Shown: piece by piece, positions 27,122 to 36,835 of the stretch
Numbering within the stretch: position 1 is the stretch's first letter
Layout of the letters: each line of letters opens with the position of its first letter
Assembly (NCBI GenBank): GCA_965206595.1
Contig: OZ242214.1
Coordinates: 736,001 to 800,000, forward strand
DNA length: 64,000 bases
Reading direction: 5' to 3'
Source of the DNA: Candidatus Latescibacterota bacterium
GTDB lineage: Bacteria > Latescibacterota > UBA2968 > UBA8231
Notes under the pieces: model-generated
Told to the model about the DNA's origin: nothing
What the model saw: only the letters and a program-made list of their open reading frames with translations
Databases searched by the model: none
Program-made: the position numbers and the translations under genes

Positions 27122-27952
27122 CTACTCCCGAACGGGGGAGATCCGCCTCATGGTGAAGAGGTCGGTCTCCATGACGGCGCGCGGGTCGAGGTTCTTCCAG
27201 TCGTCCCACTGGGCGCTGATGAGCCGCCCGGTCAGGCCGTCGGCGGCCGCGGAAGCGAGGTGCACGGCCAGGGCCGCTGCCCGTCCCGGGTCCTGGCCTC
27301 CCTGGAGGGCGATCCGGCGCAGCTCCTCCGCCTCGGTGCCGGCGGCGTCCCCTGCGGCGATTCCCTGGCGCAGCATGTCGGTGTCGATGGCACCCGGGGC
27401 GATGGCGTTGACGTCGATGCTGTGGACGGCGACCTCGGCGGCAAGGGTTTCAGTAAAGCGGACGACGGCCGCCTTGGAGGCGGCGTAGGCGCTGAAGTTC
27501 GGGCGCGGATCGACGGCGCCGCCGCCGGAGAGGTTGACGATCTTGCCGGAGCGGCGCTCGATCATCCCCGGGAGCACCAGGTGGCAGCAGCGGAAGCAGC
27601 CGCCGAGGTTGACCTGCACGGTCTCGATCCAGGCCGCCGGATCGAGGGTGTGAGTCGGGCCCACGGGGCCGAGAACCGCGGCGTTGTTGACGAGAATGTC
27701 GATCCCGCCCCAGCTGTCGAGGACGGCGCCGACCGCGGATCGCGTCTGCGCTTCCGAGGCGAGATCGGCCGGGGCCGCCAGGCAGATCGCGCCCAGCTGC
27801 TCCAGTTCGCGGGCGGCGTCCTCCAACTGATCGCGGCTGCGCGCCAGCAAGGCCACCTTCGCCCCCTCACCGGCAAAAGCCCGCGCGATGCGCCGGCCGA
27901 TGCCGCGTCCGGCGCCGGTCACCAGGGCTCGCCTCCCCTGTAGTATCCTCAA
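27122..27952 (-). CDS. SDR family oxidoreductase
   Basis: TGAGRGIG, NNA, YAASK. Confidence 0.92.
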   Translation of the reverse strand: MRILQGRRALVTGAGRGIGRRIARAFAGEGAKVALLARSRDQLEDAARELEQLGAICLAAPADLASEAQTRSAVGAVLDSWGGIDILVNNAAVLGPVGPTHTLDPAAWIETVQVNLGGCFRCCHLVLPGMIERRSGKIVNLSGGGAVDPRPNFSAYAASKAAVVRFTETLAAEVAVHSIDVNAIAPGAIDTDMLRQGIAAGDAAGTEAEELRRIALQGGQDPGRAAALAVHLASAAADGLTGRLISAQWDDWKNLDPRAVMETDLFTMRRISPVRE

Positions 27953-28105
27953 TCGATTCGGCTCCCTTTTCTGGGTCGGATGGACTTTCCGTGTCGACGG
28001 GGTCCATGCAAAAGATAACCACCGCAGGTTGCACCCCGTTCAGGCCGGATCCGGGACTCCCGAGGGGGTTGACGCGTCGGTTCCGCGAAGGTTCTTTTCC
28101 CCGCC

Positions 28106-28987
28106 ATGGACACGTCGTTCACGAACAGCAGGGAAGATATCGCGCGAGCGCGGCGGGACGAGACCGACTGGGGGAGCCTGACGCGGGCAGAGCGGATCCG
28201 CTCCATCGAGCTGGAGGGGTACGTCGTCATCCCCGGCCTGCTCTCGCCCGAGACCCTCGACAGGATCCGGGAAGAGCTGGCGAAGCTGCCGACCCGGGCG
28301 GTCGACTACAGCCCCCATCAGCGCGGCTTCTCCGACGTGCAGTGGACGGACTCCCCCACCGCCATCGGCGTCATCGCCCACCCGCAGATGATCGGGTTCC
28401 TCACCGAGCTGTTCGGGGACGACCTGATCTGCACCTCCTGCGGCTACGGATGCTCGCAGCCCGGGCACCCGGGGATCGCCGTGCACACCGACGCGCAGCC
28501 GTATGGCTCGAAGATCTTCGGGCTGCAGTCGAGCTCGCCGGTGCTGGCGCGGGCGCTCTACTACCTCGACGACCAGACTCCCGACCGCTCGCCGTTCAAG
28601 GTGGTCCCGAGATCGCACCTGTCGATGCACATAGACGGCAATCCCTACAACCGCTTCCTCAGCCATCCCGAAGAAATGATGGTCTGCTGCCGCGCCGGCG
28701 ATGCCGTGGTGATCAACCAGAACGTCTTCCACGGCAATTTCCCCAATCACAGCGACGGCGACCGGCGCATGCTCGCCATCGCCTACCGCCCCTGCTGGGC
28801 CGGGCCGATCGACGATATCCAGGAGGACCGCGACCCGCAGCAGGTGGCGACCCTGCCGGAGCACATCCAGCCTTTCTTCCGCAGCCTCAACACGCGGGGA
28901 ATCGACTACGACGTCCCCAACCGGCCGGACGGAATGCAGCGCCAGGCCGCGGGGATCGGCCCCAGCCGCTGGGGCAACGGCCACTGA
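28106..28987 (+). CDS. PhyH-family Fe(II)/2OG dioxygenase
   Basis: EGYVVIPGLL, HTD, VPRSH, AGDAVV...FHG. Confidence 0.88.
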   Translation: MDTSFTNSREDIARARRDETDWGSLTRAERIRSIELEGYVVIPGLLSPETLDRIREELAKLPTRAVDYSPHQRGFSDVQWTDSPTAIGVIAHPQMIGFLTELFGDDLICTSCGYGCSQPGHPGIAVHTDAQPYGSKIFGLQSSSPVLARALYYLDDQTPDRSPFKVVPRSHLSMHIDGNPYNRFLSHPEEMMVCCRAGDAVVINQNVFHGNFPNHSDGDRRMLAIAYRPCWAGPIDDIQEDRDPQQVATLPEHIQPFFRSLNTRGIDYDVPNRPDGMQRQAAGIGPSRWGNGH

Positions 28988-29040
28988 GCCGGCCCCGGGA
29001 GCTGCCTCGCGCGCAGCCCGGACTCGTTTCACCCGACCTG

Positions 29041-29607
29041 CTACTTCACCAGACTGCCTGCCATCGCCAGGATGATGTCGTTGTCGATACGGACGCGAAA
29101 GTCCGGGTCGACATGCTGGTAGGCGATCTTCCCGCCCTTTGCCACTACGAACACGGACGGAACAGGCAGCGGCGGCCTGTCGGGGTTTCGGTAGGCGATA
29201 CCGAGGCCGGCGGCCAGCTTCAGATCGCGGTCGGACAGCAGCGGAAAGCCGACCCCGGTTTCTGCGCGCGTCGCCATGGCAGCGGCAGGTTCATCCGGGC
29301 TGACGGCGAAAAGCCGAACCCCCATGGCCGTCAGCTGGCCGTGAATCCTTTCCAGCTCAACTAGCTGGTTCTTGCAGTACCCTCACCAGCCTCCCCGGTA
29401 GAAAACGAGTATCGCCGGCTTCTCCGCGACCGCGGCGGGGAGATCGAGGCTCATGCCGTCGTCGCCGGTGAGCACGGCAGCGGGAAGCGCGGCGCCCACG
29501 AGCACAGGACGGACCTGCTCCGCGGACGGCGGCAGCGGTTTCACCTGGGCGTCGGCGGTGGCAACCGCCAGGAGAGTGGCGGTTGCGGTGCAGAACAATC
29601 GTTTCAT
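29041..29607 (-). CDS. Exported peroxiredoxin-like (AhpC/TSA) selenoprotein with UGYC motif
   Basis: The ORF-track ORFs 29383-29607 and 29041-29325 share a frame across a single TGA (29383-29385): VFYRGGW-U-GYCKNQL...FAVSPD...FPLLSD...PVPSVFVV. N-terminal signal peptide. Confidence 0.9.
29352..29368 (-). promoter_or_regulatory. Putative bacterial SECIS hairpin
   Basis: CCAGCT-AGTTG-AGCTGG stem-loop starting 14 nt after the UGA, with GU near the start of the apical loop. Confidence 0.7.
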
Positions 29608-29695
29608 CCGGCTCCTTTCGCGCCGGCCCTGCCGGCGGGTTTCCGTGTGCCAAGGTGTTGGCCGGGCAATGGTGTTCCACAGCCCTGCGGATCCT

Positions 29696-31294
29696 TCAGC
29701 CCGGCGGCGGCAGCAGGGTGGCTGAATACTCCTCGGACCAGGCGACGGCGATCTCGACGTCGGTGAGGACGAGGTCGCAGGCGAGCTGCGGGTGCCGTTC
29801 CCGGAGAATGGCCTCGATCTGGTGGAGGGCGCTGCCGAGCGCCCCTGGGTCGAGGGGGAAGCGCAGCCAGGCGTCGCCGCTTACCCGGGAGATCGGGACG
29901 GCGAAGGAATGCTGGTCGGCGTCGCTGCCCGGCAGGTTGTAGGAGACCACTGGGTCGCCGAGCTCCTCGCCGTTCCAGCGCACCCCCACCTCGTCCCCTT
30001 CCACCCACTCCTTCAGGTGCAGGCGCAGCTCGGCGGCCAGCGGCGTTCCCGACTCCGCGGTTTCGACGTCGACCACGGGGCCGCGCCCGGTCAGGGTCGG
30101 GCGCAGGGGCACTGGCACCTGTCCGCGGCGGCGGTCGTTGCGGTAGGCCCCGCGCCAGGGCCCCTCGTAGACGACGTGGCGATGGGTGGCCGCATAGATC
30201 TTGTCCAGCCGCTCGAGGATTGCCGGGTCGCCGACCTCGCACATCAGGCCCCGCCGCGGTCCGTCGGCCCCGGCATGCCAGTTGAAGGCGTAGATGCCGT
30301 CGGCCCCGGCGCGGTGATGGCGCGCGGCGACGGCGCGCGTGCGCAGGATGTTCTTGCGGTCCGACGACTCGGGGCCGACCCAGGGGTCGGGCAGGCCGGA
30401 GTCGAAGCCCGGGTAGAAGGGGACGCCGCGCGGCCGGCAGAGCTCCTGGAAGCGTTCGACCTCGACCGCAGGATCGGTCGCCGCTCCGCCGCCCCCGATC
30501 AGCAGGTCGACGAGATCCTCCTGCAGCCAGGTTTCGACGTCGTAGCCGATGTCGGCGCAGGCCTCGAGGCTGGTGGCGACCCGCGCCGCCAGGTAGAGGG
30601 GCCGGCCGCGCTGCTCGCCGGCCCGGTCCGTCGCCTGGCGGGCGGCGCGCTGCAGGTCGGTTATGGTGTAGCGCAGGCGGTAGGCCTCGTCCGCGGGCAG
30701 GTGGAAGCCGTGGCGCTGCCAGTCGAGCTCGATGCCGTCCCAGTCGTACCCCTCGCACAGCTCGCGGACGTGGTCGAGGCGGTTGCGCCGCACCTCGGGA
30801 ACCGACAGGTCCCACGACAGGGCGAACCACTCCGAGGTGCGCTCCCCGAGCAGCCATTCCGGGTGCTCCCTGCGCAGCTGCGTCAGCTCGCCGTGGTGGA
30901 GCGTGGCGAGATCGGACGGCTGGGCGCCGTTGAAGTGGTTGTCGTTCATGCGCAGCGAGGCGTACACGGCGATGCCGAGCTCGCGCCCGCGTTCGATGAC
31001 GGCGGCCTGCGGGTCCTCCCCGCGCTCGAGCATGCGGCGGATGTTCTCGGTGTGGATGTAGGTGCCGGCGCTTTCGTAGCTGCGGCCGTACAGGCCGCCG
31101 ACCACCTCGAGGGAGTCGCTGCGCCAGCGCGCCGAGTGCTCGCCGACGCACCAGAAAAGGGCGTCGACCTGGGTGTCGACCAAGGGGGCGTAGACGCCTT
31201 CGAGGAACTCCTCGAGGCTCTGCGGGACCGGGGAGTACCCGTGCGGGGCCCCGTCCCAGTTGTAGATGACGCGGTAGTTCGTGGGTCGGTTCAT
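29696..31294 (-). CDS. GHL10/DUF187-like TIM-barrel glycoside hydrolase
   Basis: SLRMNDNH, EHPEW, PEVR, YDWDGIELDWQRH, GADGIYAFNW. Confidence 0.75.
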   Translation of the reverse strand: MNRPTNYRVIYNWDGAPHGYSPVPQSLEEFLEGVYAPLVDTQVDALFWCVGEHSARWRSDSLEVVGGLYGRSYESAGTYIHTENIRRMLERGEDPQAAVIERGRELGIAVYASLRMNDNHFNGAQPSDLATLHHGELTQLRREHPEWLLGERTSEWFALSWDLSVPEVRRNRLDHVRELCEGYDWDGIELDWQRHGFHLPADEAYRLRYTITDLQRAARQATDRAGEQRGRPLYLAARVATSLEACADIGYDVETWLQEDLVDLLIGGGGAATDPAVEVERFQELCRPRGVPFYPGFDSGLPDPWVGPESSDRKNILRTRAVAARHHRAGADGIYAFNWHAGADGPRRGLMCEVGDPAILERLDKIYAATHRHVVYEGPWRGAYRNDRRRGQVPVPLRPTLTGRGPVVDVETAESGTPLAAELRLHLKEWVEGDEVGVRWNGEELGDPVVSYNLPGSDADQHSFAVPISRVSGDAWLRFPLDPGALGSALHQIEAILRERHPQLACDLVLTDVEIAVAWSEEYSATLLPPPG

Positions 31295-31354
31295 CCGGTT
31301 CCTTTCAGGTGTGGTGCGGGAAAAGGCCGGGGTGCCGCCCGGGCGGATGCCAGA

Positions 31355-31456
31355 TCAAGCGGGCACCTCCACTTCGTACACCTGGCTGCGCCCGCTGCGG
31401 TCGGAGGTGAAGATCGCGAGCCCGTCTCCCCATAGGTGGGATCGCCAGTCGGCCAT
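31355..31456 (-). pseudogene. 33-aa remnant of a PD40/TolB-like (oligogalacturonate lyase-like) propeller gene
   Basis: MADWRSHLWGDGLAIFTSDRSGRSQVYEVEVPA*; the IFTSDRSGxxQVY end is the typical last blade of PD40 proteins. Confidence 0.6.
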
Positions 31457-31502
31457 GGTCGGTATCCGGTCGGTTGTCCTCGTTTTCAAGGCCGGGGCCG
31501 GG

Positions 31503-32306
31503 TCAGGGGGCGAGAAGCGGCCGCTGCTCAGACGGCATCGCCTGCCGCAGCGAGTCGGGGAACTGGTCGCGGTAGCCGGTGCGGCGGACGAACTCGATCA
31601 GGCGGGCGGCCGAGGTGTCGTAGAAGGAGGTAAAGTACACGTAGCGGGCCCGGTCCGAACGGTTCTGCGACGCCGAGTGAAAGCAGAGGGGGTTGAAGAC
31701 GATGAGGTCCCCCTCCTCGGCGCAGATCTCGACGCCGTCGTCGCGGTGGCCGGCGCCGGACGTGTTGGAGTCGAGGGGGCCGGTGTCGCTCCCGGGGTCG
31801 TCGCCGAACAGGGTGGCGTAGGAGAACCTGTGAGAACCGGGGACGATGTGGACGCCGGCGCCGCCCGGTTTCACCGTGCTCAGGTAGTGCAGCATCTGGT
31901 AGTAGACCTGCTTCGGCACCGCCTCGAACTCGGCGCGGCAGAAAGCGGCGTCGATATGGTAACCCAGCTCTCGTGCGTACGGAGGCGGTTGCGGATCGGA
32001 GCGGATGAGCACCTGCTCGCGCATGCGCAGCTCCGGGTCGCCGCCGAGCAGCAGGCGCCCGAGCTCGATGGTGGCCGGGTTGGCGGCGAGGGGCCCCATG
32101 ATCGCGCCCGGGATCGGGTGCCTGAGGTCGTTGCGGGTTTTCCCGGTTTTCCCGACCGGTCCGGCGACGGCGTCGACGTGGGCGCGCAGCTCCGCGGTGA
32201 AGGCGCGGTCGAGCCAGCCGGGGAAGATCGTGTATCCCCGGTCCTCGATTTCGGCGAGGCGTGTGTCGAGATCCGCGAAGGATGGGTGCAGGGTTCTGCT
32301 GGTCAT
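31503..32306 (-). CDS. PhyH-family dioxygenase
   Basis: RGYTIFPG, YHID, IVPGSH, GDLIVFNPLCFHSAS. Confidence 0.88.
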   Translation of the reverse strand: MTSRTLHPSFADLDTRLAEIEDRGYTIFPGWLDRAFTAELRAHVDAVAGPVGKTGKTRNDLRHPIPGAIMGPLAANPATIELGRLLLGGDPELRMREQVLIRSDPQPPPYARELGYHIDAAFCRAEFEAVPKQVYYQMLHYLSTVKPGGAGVHIVPGSHRFSYATLFGDDPGSDTGPLDSNTSGAGHRDDGVEICAEEGDLIVFNPLCFHSASQNRSDRARYVYFTSFYDTSAARLIEFVRRTGYRDQFPDSLRQAMPSEQRPLLAP

Positions 32307-32455
32307 GGATTTGTAGCCCGGATGTCTGCTGTTCGGACACGGGATCGCAACCGCGAAACGCAGAACGCATAATATAGATTCAGCCGCATTGCCGAGAAGA
32401 CGGCAGCAGCGCCGGTATCTTGGATGCGAACACAGGAGCACGGGAGCAGCGGATC

Positions 32456-33901
32456 ATGAAGGATCAACAGGCCGAGTCGTACTTCGAGGAATGGATTCAA
32501 CGGGAAGCGGTCGCCGAGCGCATGGTTCCCGTCGTCGGCAACCTGTACCGCGAGCACGGGGTCGTGGTGACGGTCTTCGGCCGCTCCCTGGTGCGCAGCT
32601 CCCCGATCGACATCCTCAAGGCGCACCGGTTCGCCCGCCACTTCCTCGACTGGGAACTGCCGGTCGAGCTGAGCTCGGCGATGCTCGAGGCCCTCGGGAA
32701 GCTGCAGCCGGCGGCATCACGCGTCGACATCGGCAAGCTCGCCATGCGCTACCAGAACGAGCCGGCGGGCAAGGACCTCGAGACCTTTCTGCGCGCCGAG
32801 CTCGGGAGCCTCGACGCCGGCAGGGAGCTGCTGAAGGCGGAACCCCGCGACGTGGTCCTCTACGGATTCGGCAGGGTCGGCCGCATGCTGGCGCGCATCC
32901 TCATCGACCGCAGCGGCGGCGGCGACAAGTGGCGGCTGCGGGCCATCGTCGTACAGCGGCACAACAGGGGGGATCTGGAGAAGCGGGCCAGCCTGCTGCG
33001 GCGCGACTCGATCCACGGACCTTTCAAGGGCACGGTGCAGCTCGACCGCGACGAGAACGCCCTCGTGGTCAACGGCAACCTCATCCGCATCCTCTACGCC
33101 GACTCGCCGGACAAGGCGGACTACGCCGCCTACGGCATCGAGAACGCCATCGTCGTCGACAACTCCGGCGCCTGGCGCGACCGCGACGGTCTCGGAATGC
33201 ACCTGCGGGCGAAGGGGGTGGACAAGGTGATCCTCACCGCTCCCGGCAAGGGGGACATCCCCAACATCATCTACGGCGTCAACAGCGGCGACATCTGCCC
33301 CGAAGAAAAGCTGTTGTCGGCGGGAAGCTGCACCACCAACGCCATCGTCCCGGTGCTCAAGGTGATGGCCGACCGCTTCGGCATCGAGCGCGGCCATATC
33401 GACACCATCCACTCCTACACCAACGACCAGAACCTCGTCGACAACTTCCACAGCAAGACGCGCCGGGGACGCGGCGCTCCGCTCAACATGGTGATCACCG
33501 AAACCGGGGCCGCCGGCGCCGTCGCCAAGGCGCTGCCGGACCTGAAGGGCAAGGTGACGGCCAACGCCATCCGCGTGCCCACCCCCAACGTCTCCCTGGC
33601 GATCCTCAACCTCGGCCTCGGCCGCTCCACCACCGCCGCCGAGGTCAACCAGTACCTGCGCGGCATCTCCCTCGACTCTCCGCTCCAGGGGCAGATCGAC
33701 TACATCACCTCCCCCGAGGTCGTCTCGAGCGACTTCATCGGCTCGCTGAAGACCGCCATCGTCGACTCCACCTCGACCATCGCCACCGGCAGCCAGTGCA
33801 CCCTCTACGTCTGGTACGACAACGAGTACGGGTACGCCGGCCAGGTCGTCCGCATCGTGCAGCACCTGTCGGGGCTGGAGCTGCCCTCGTACCCGCAGTG
33901 A
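32456..33901 (+). CDS. gap: Glyceraldehyde-3-phosphate dehydrogenase, long N-terminally extended type
   Basis: LYGFGRVGR, SAGSCTTNA, HSYTNDQ, RVPTPNVS, WYDNEYGY. Confidence 0.95.
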   Translation: MKDQQAESYFEEWIQREAVAERMVPVVGNLYREHGVVVTVFGRSLVRSSPIDILKAHRFARHFLDWELPVELSSAMLEALGKLQPAASRVDIGKLAMRYQNEPAGKDLETFLRAELGSLDAGRELLKAEPRDVVLYGFGRVGRMLARILIDRSGGGDKWRLRAIVVQRHNRGDLEKRASLLRRDSIHGPFKGTVQLDRDENALVVNGNLIRILYADSPDKADYAAYGIENAIVVDNSGAWRDRDGLGMHLRAKGVDKVILTAPGKGDIPNIIYGVNSGDICPEEKLLSAGSCTTNAIVPVLKVMADRFGIERGHIDTIHSYTNDQNLVDNFHSKTRRGRGAPLNMVITETGAAGAVAKALPDLKGKVTANAIRVPTPNVSLAILNLGLGRSTTAAEVNQYLRGISLDSPLQGQIDYITSPEVVSSDFIGSLKTAIVDSTSTIATGSQCTLYVWYDNEYGYAGQVVRIVQHLSGLELPSYPQ

Positions 33902-34078
33902 TCCGCTGACAGCGAACGCGTGCCCGGCAACGGGACCGCGTCGAGTCGCTCAGTCACCTACGGACGCTGCTGGCCACCGGAGTTCGGCGAGTCTCTATCG
34001 GAATCCGGAAATTCGGGGGGAGGAAAGGGAGGGTGGACGCCCGATGTACCCTGCAACTGCTGCCCGGGGGGCGTCGGC

Positions 34079-34903
34079 TCATTCCGTTTCGGGTAGGACC
34101 AGCTTCGTCGCCAGGCTGCCCTGGTTGGCTTCCTCGAAGCGCTCGGATACCTCGCCGTAGTCGTAGAACTGGGAGCTGTCGTAGAGGAAGGTGTAGCGCC
34201 CGTTGCGGTCGAGCCCGGTTTCCAGCGCCTTGGCGTTGATCTCCTCGACGTTGCGATAGGCCGGCCAGCGCACCCCGTTCTTGCAGTATGAGATGTCGAT
34301 GAAATAGCGCGGCCGGTCCCTGCCACCCGGCTTGGGGCGGCGCGCGTGCCAGACCGCGGAGTGGACGACGACCGCCGACCCGGGCTCGAGGTCGGCGAAG
34401 CAGAGCCACCCTTCCAGACCGGAGGTCCCCAGCATCCGTAAATCCCGCTGCACCACGAGGTTCTGCGACTGCGGCAGAACGAGCAGGTCGCCGATCTCTC
34501 CGTTGAGGCCGTTCAGGTAGTAGAAGACGTGCACCATCAGGTGCGAGCGGTTGGACTGCGGGTGCTGCTCGTAATCCTGGTGCCAGCCGACGCCGGAGGC
34601 CCCCTCGTCGAAGCGGGTCGAGTGGATGTGGTGCATGGCAAAGGGCGATCCCCCCATCAGGGAGGCGACCGCGGCCATCGCCGGGGGATGGGAGGTCAGC
34701 AGTCCCATCTCCCGGTAGGAGACGAGCATGCGGTGGTCGCCGGCGTCGCGGTGCCGCACCAGTTCGTCCACCTCCGCAATCAGGCGGGCGCTGTACTCCG
34801 GCTCGATCAGGCCCGGGAGCACGAGGTAGCCCTGGCGATGGAAGGACTCGACTTCTTCCGCGCTCAGGGCCGTACCTGCTGATTCAGAAAGGTTCCAGAC
34901 TTC
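34079..34903 (-). CDS. PhyH-family dioxygenase; 5' start unclear
   Basis: LSAEEVESFHRQGYLVLPG, WHQD, AVWHA. The frame is open to ~34903 with no ATG/GTG/TTG upstream of the conserved N-terminal helix. Confidence 0.8.
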   Translation of the reverse strand, partial: EVWNLSESAGTALSAEEVESFHRQGYLVLPGLIEPEYSARLIAEVDELVRHRDAGDHRMLVSYREMGLLTSHPPAMAAVASLMGGSPFAMHHIHSTRFDEGASGVGWHQDYEQHPQSNRSHLMVHVFYYLNGLNGEIGDLLVLPQSQNLVVQRDLRMLGTSGLEGWLCFADLEPGSAVVVHSAVWHARRPKPGGRDRPRYFIDISYCKNGVRWPAYRNVEEINAKALETGLDRNGRYTFLYDSSQFYDYGEVSERFEEANQGSLATKLVLPETE

Positions 34904-34924
34904 CTATCTCCTTCGTCTCGTTTT

Positions 34925-35281
34925 TCAGGGTAGCTTTGGATCACTTAGGGTGCGGTGGCCAACGCCAGGTGGTGGAGTCGAAGACAGCCCCTCGAACAAC
35001 TTCTGAGACCAAACCTTGGTAGGATTGTTTACGTAGTCCCAGAAATTTCCGGGCAGCCATCCATTGACGCTCTGAGGGGTCATTTCCGTGACCATGAACC
35101 ACACCCCCGGCAGTCGTTCGCGAAGAATAGCACTGAGATCCTGGATATTGAGTCTTGAGACAAGGATCGCGGCGTAGGGAAAGGGCGCCACCCATGTATC
35201 AACTCCCTGGGTGTCGTTGAGCACCGCGTGCGCATGTTCCTGCGGGCAGGCTTGGTTGTATGCAAAGAGGTAGGGTTTCAT
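34925..35281 (-). CDS. Small hypothetical protein, possibly ferredoxin/Cas2-like fold
   Basis: YLFAY...WFMVTEM...NGWLPGNFWDYV; ATGA overlap with the upstream gene; low GC. Confidence 0.7.
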   Translation of the reverse strand: MKPYLFAYNQACPQEHAHAVLNDTQGVDTWVAPFPYAAILVSRLNIQDLSAILRERLPGVWFMVTEMTPQSVNGWLPGNFWDYVNNPTKVWSQKLFEGLSSTPPPGVGHRTLSDPKLP

Positions 35282-35754
35282 GAGGTTTTTTCCTCCCCTG
35301 CATTTTCTGGATCAGTTGGAACGGGTGGTCCGTCTTCTTCCGGTGACGGATCAGGTGCTGCCGGATTTTCCCCCGGCTCTTCCAGGGTAAGATCCTTGGC
35401 TGCGATTGGATAAGGCAACTCCTTGGCCGCGATCATCTGCATCCGCCTGGTTTCGTATCGATACTGTTCTGATTGCAGCCGGTCCGGATCATTCTTTGCA
35501 AACGTCGCGAAATGGCGCAAGTAGGTAAGCACGATCCATAGGGAAGCGATCACCAAACCAGTGGTGATGATAGGACAACCGGCAATCACGAATGTTGACC
35601 GAAACAGCCAGGCAGCGGTTAGAAACACCGGGATTAAGATCAGCACAGGGACCAGTGGTCCCATGGCCGAGCCTCGCTTGATCAGTAGTTCCCCAATATC
35701 CTGAAGGCTTGCCAATACTCTGTGTAAGGACATCTGCATATTCCCAGTGTTCAT
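35278..35754 (-). CDS. Two-TM membrane protein
   Basis: Two hydrophobic segments, then FAKNDPDRLQSEQY and an acidic Pro-rich tail; low GC. Confidence 0.7.
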   Translation of the reverse strand: MNTGNMQMSLHRVLASLQDIGELLIKRGSAMGPLVPVLILIPVFLTAAWLFRSTFVIAGCPIITTGLVIASLWIVLTYLRHFATFAKNDPDRLQSEQYRYETRRMQMIAAKELPYPIAAKDLTLEEPGENPAAPDPSPEEDGPPVPTDPENAGEEKTS

Positions 35755-36003
35755 TAACACGTTGCGTCCGATACTCGCCGCGACGACGCGTAATCGAGCT
35801 TTCCCCAACGATACTCGGGCTAATCTCACCCCGCAACCACAGTCTGGTTTGACCCTAGAGAGCTGTCGACTGCCCCCTCTTTTTCAGTCTCGAAGGTATC
35901 CACCGAATACCTACCCAGCCGCTTTGCAGCCGGCACCGGGGCGGCCTATCTTGCCGTCTCCCTCCGACAAACCGCTTCATCATTCACCGGGAGTTGACAG
36001 CGC

Positions 36004-36834
36004 ATGCTGAAGCTGGGATGCATGTCCCTCAGCTACAAGGACGAGTTCGCCGCCGGCACCCTGAACCTGGAGGAATTCCTCGACCGGGCGCGGGAGCTGC
36101 GCCTCGACGGGGTCGACCTGCACACGGGGGCGTTCGCCTCGGAAGTGCCCGACTACCTGCGCGCGCTGCGCCGGCGCGCCGTCGATCACGGGTTGGCCCT
36201 GTCCTACATCGGGGTGAGCTCGGATTTCGGTGTCCGCGGCGAGGAGGAGCTCGACGCCCAGGTCGCCGCGGCCAAACACTGGATCGACGTCGCCGCCTTC
36301 ATGGGGATCCCGCTGGTGCGGGTATTCGCCGCCTGGATTCCCGAGGGGGACACTGAAGAGGCTACGTGGGCGCGGATGATCCCCTGCCTCAAGGAGGTCG
36401 CCGCCCACGGACGCGGGCAGGGGGTCGTCGTCGGCCTGCACAACCACAACCACGGCTGCGTGACGCGGACCGGAAAGGACGTGCGGCGCATCATAGAAGA
36501 GGTGGACGACCTGTATTTCTCCCACATCCTCGACACCGGGCAGTACATCGGTTCCCCGGGCGCCTCAGGGCAGCGGGGCAGGGAAGATCCGGCCCTCGAT
36601 TTCTACGGCTCGATCGCCGAGACCGCGCCCCTGGCCGTGCACGTGCGCTGCAAGATCTACCGCATCCAGTCGGGAACCGAGGAGTGGCTCGACTACCCGC
36701 GCATCTTCGAGATCCTCAAAGGGGTCGACTACAACGGCTGGTGCTCGGTGGTCTACGAAGGCCAGGACGTCGAGGCCGAGGCCACCGCGGTCCCCAAGGC
36801 GGTGAAATACCTGCGCAGCCTGATGGACTGGTAG
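36004..36834 (+). CDS. Sugar phosphate isomerase/epimerase (AP_endonuc_2 TIM barrel)
   Basis: LDGVDL, VRVF, LHNHNH, LDTG, YNGWCSVVYEG. Confidence 0.85.
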   Translation: MLKLGCMSLSYKDEFAAGTLNLEEFLDRARELRLDGVDLHTGAFASEVPDYLRALRRRAVDHGLALSYIGVSSDFGVRGEEELDAQVAAAKHWIDVAAFMGIPLVRVFAAWIPEGDTEEATWARMIPCLKEVAAHGRGQGVVVGLHNHNHGCVTRTGKDVRRIIEEVDDLYFSHILDTGQYIGSPGASGQRGREDPALDFYGSIAETAPLAVHVRCKIYRIQSGTEEWLDYPRIFEILKGVDYNGWCSVVYEGQDVEAEATAVPKAVKYLRSLMDW

Positions 36835-36835
36835 C

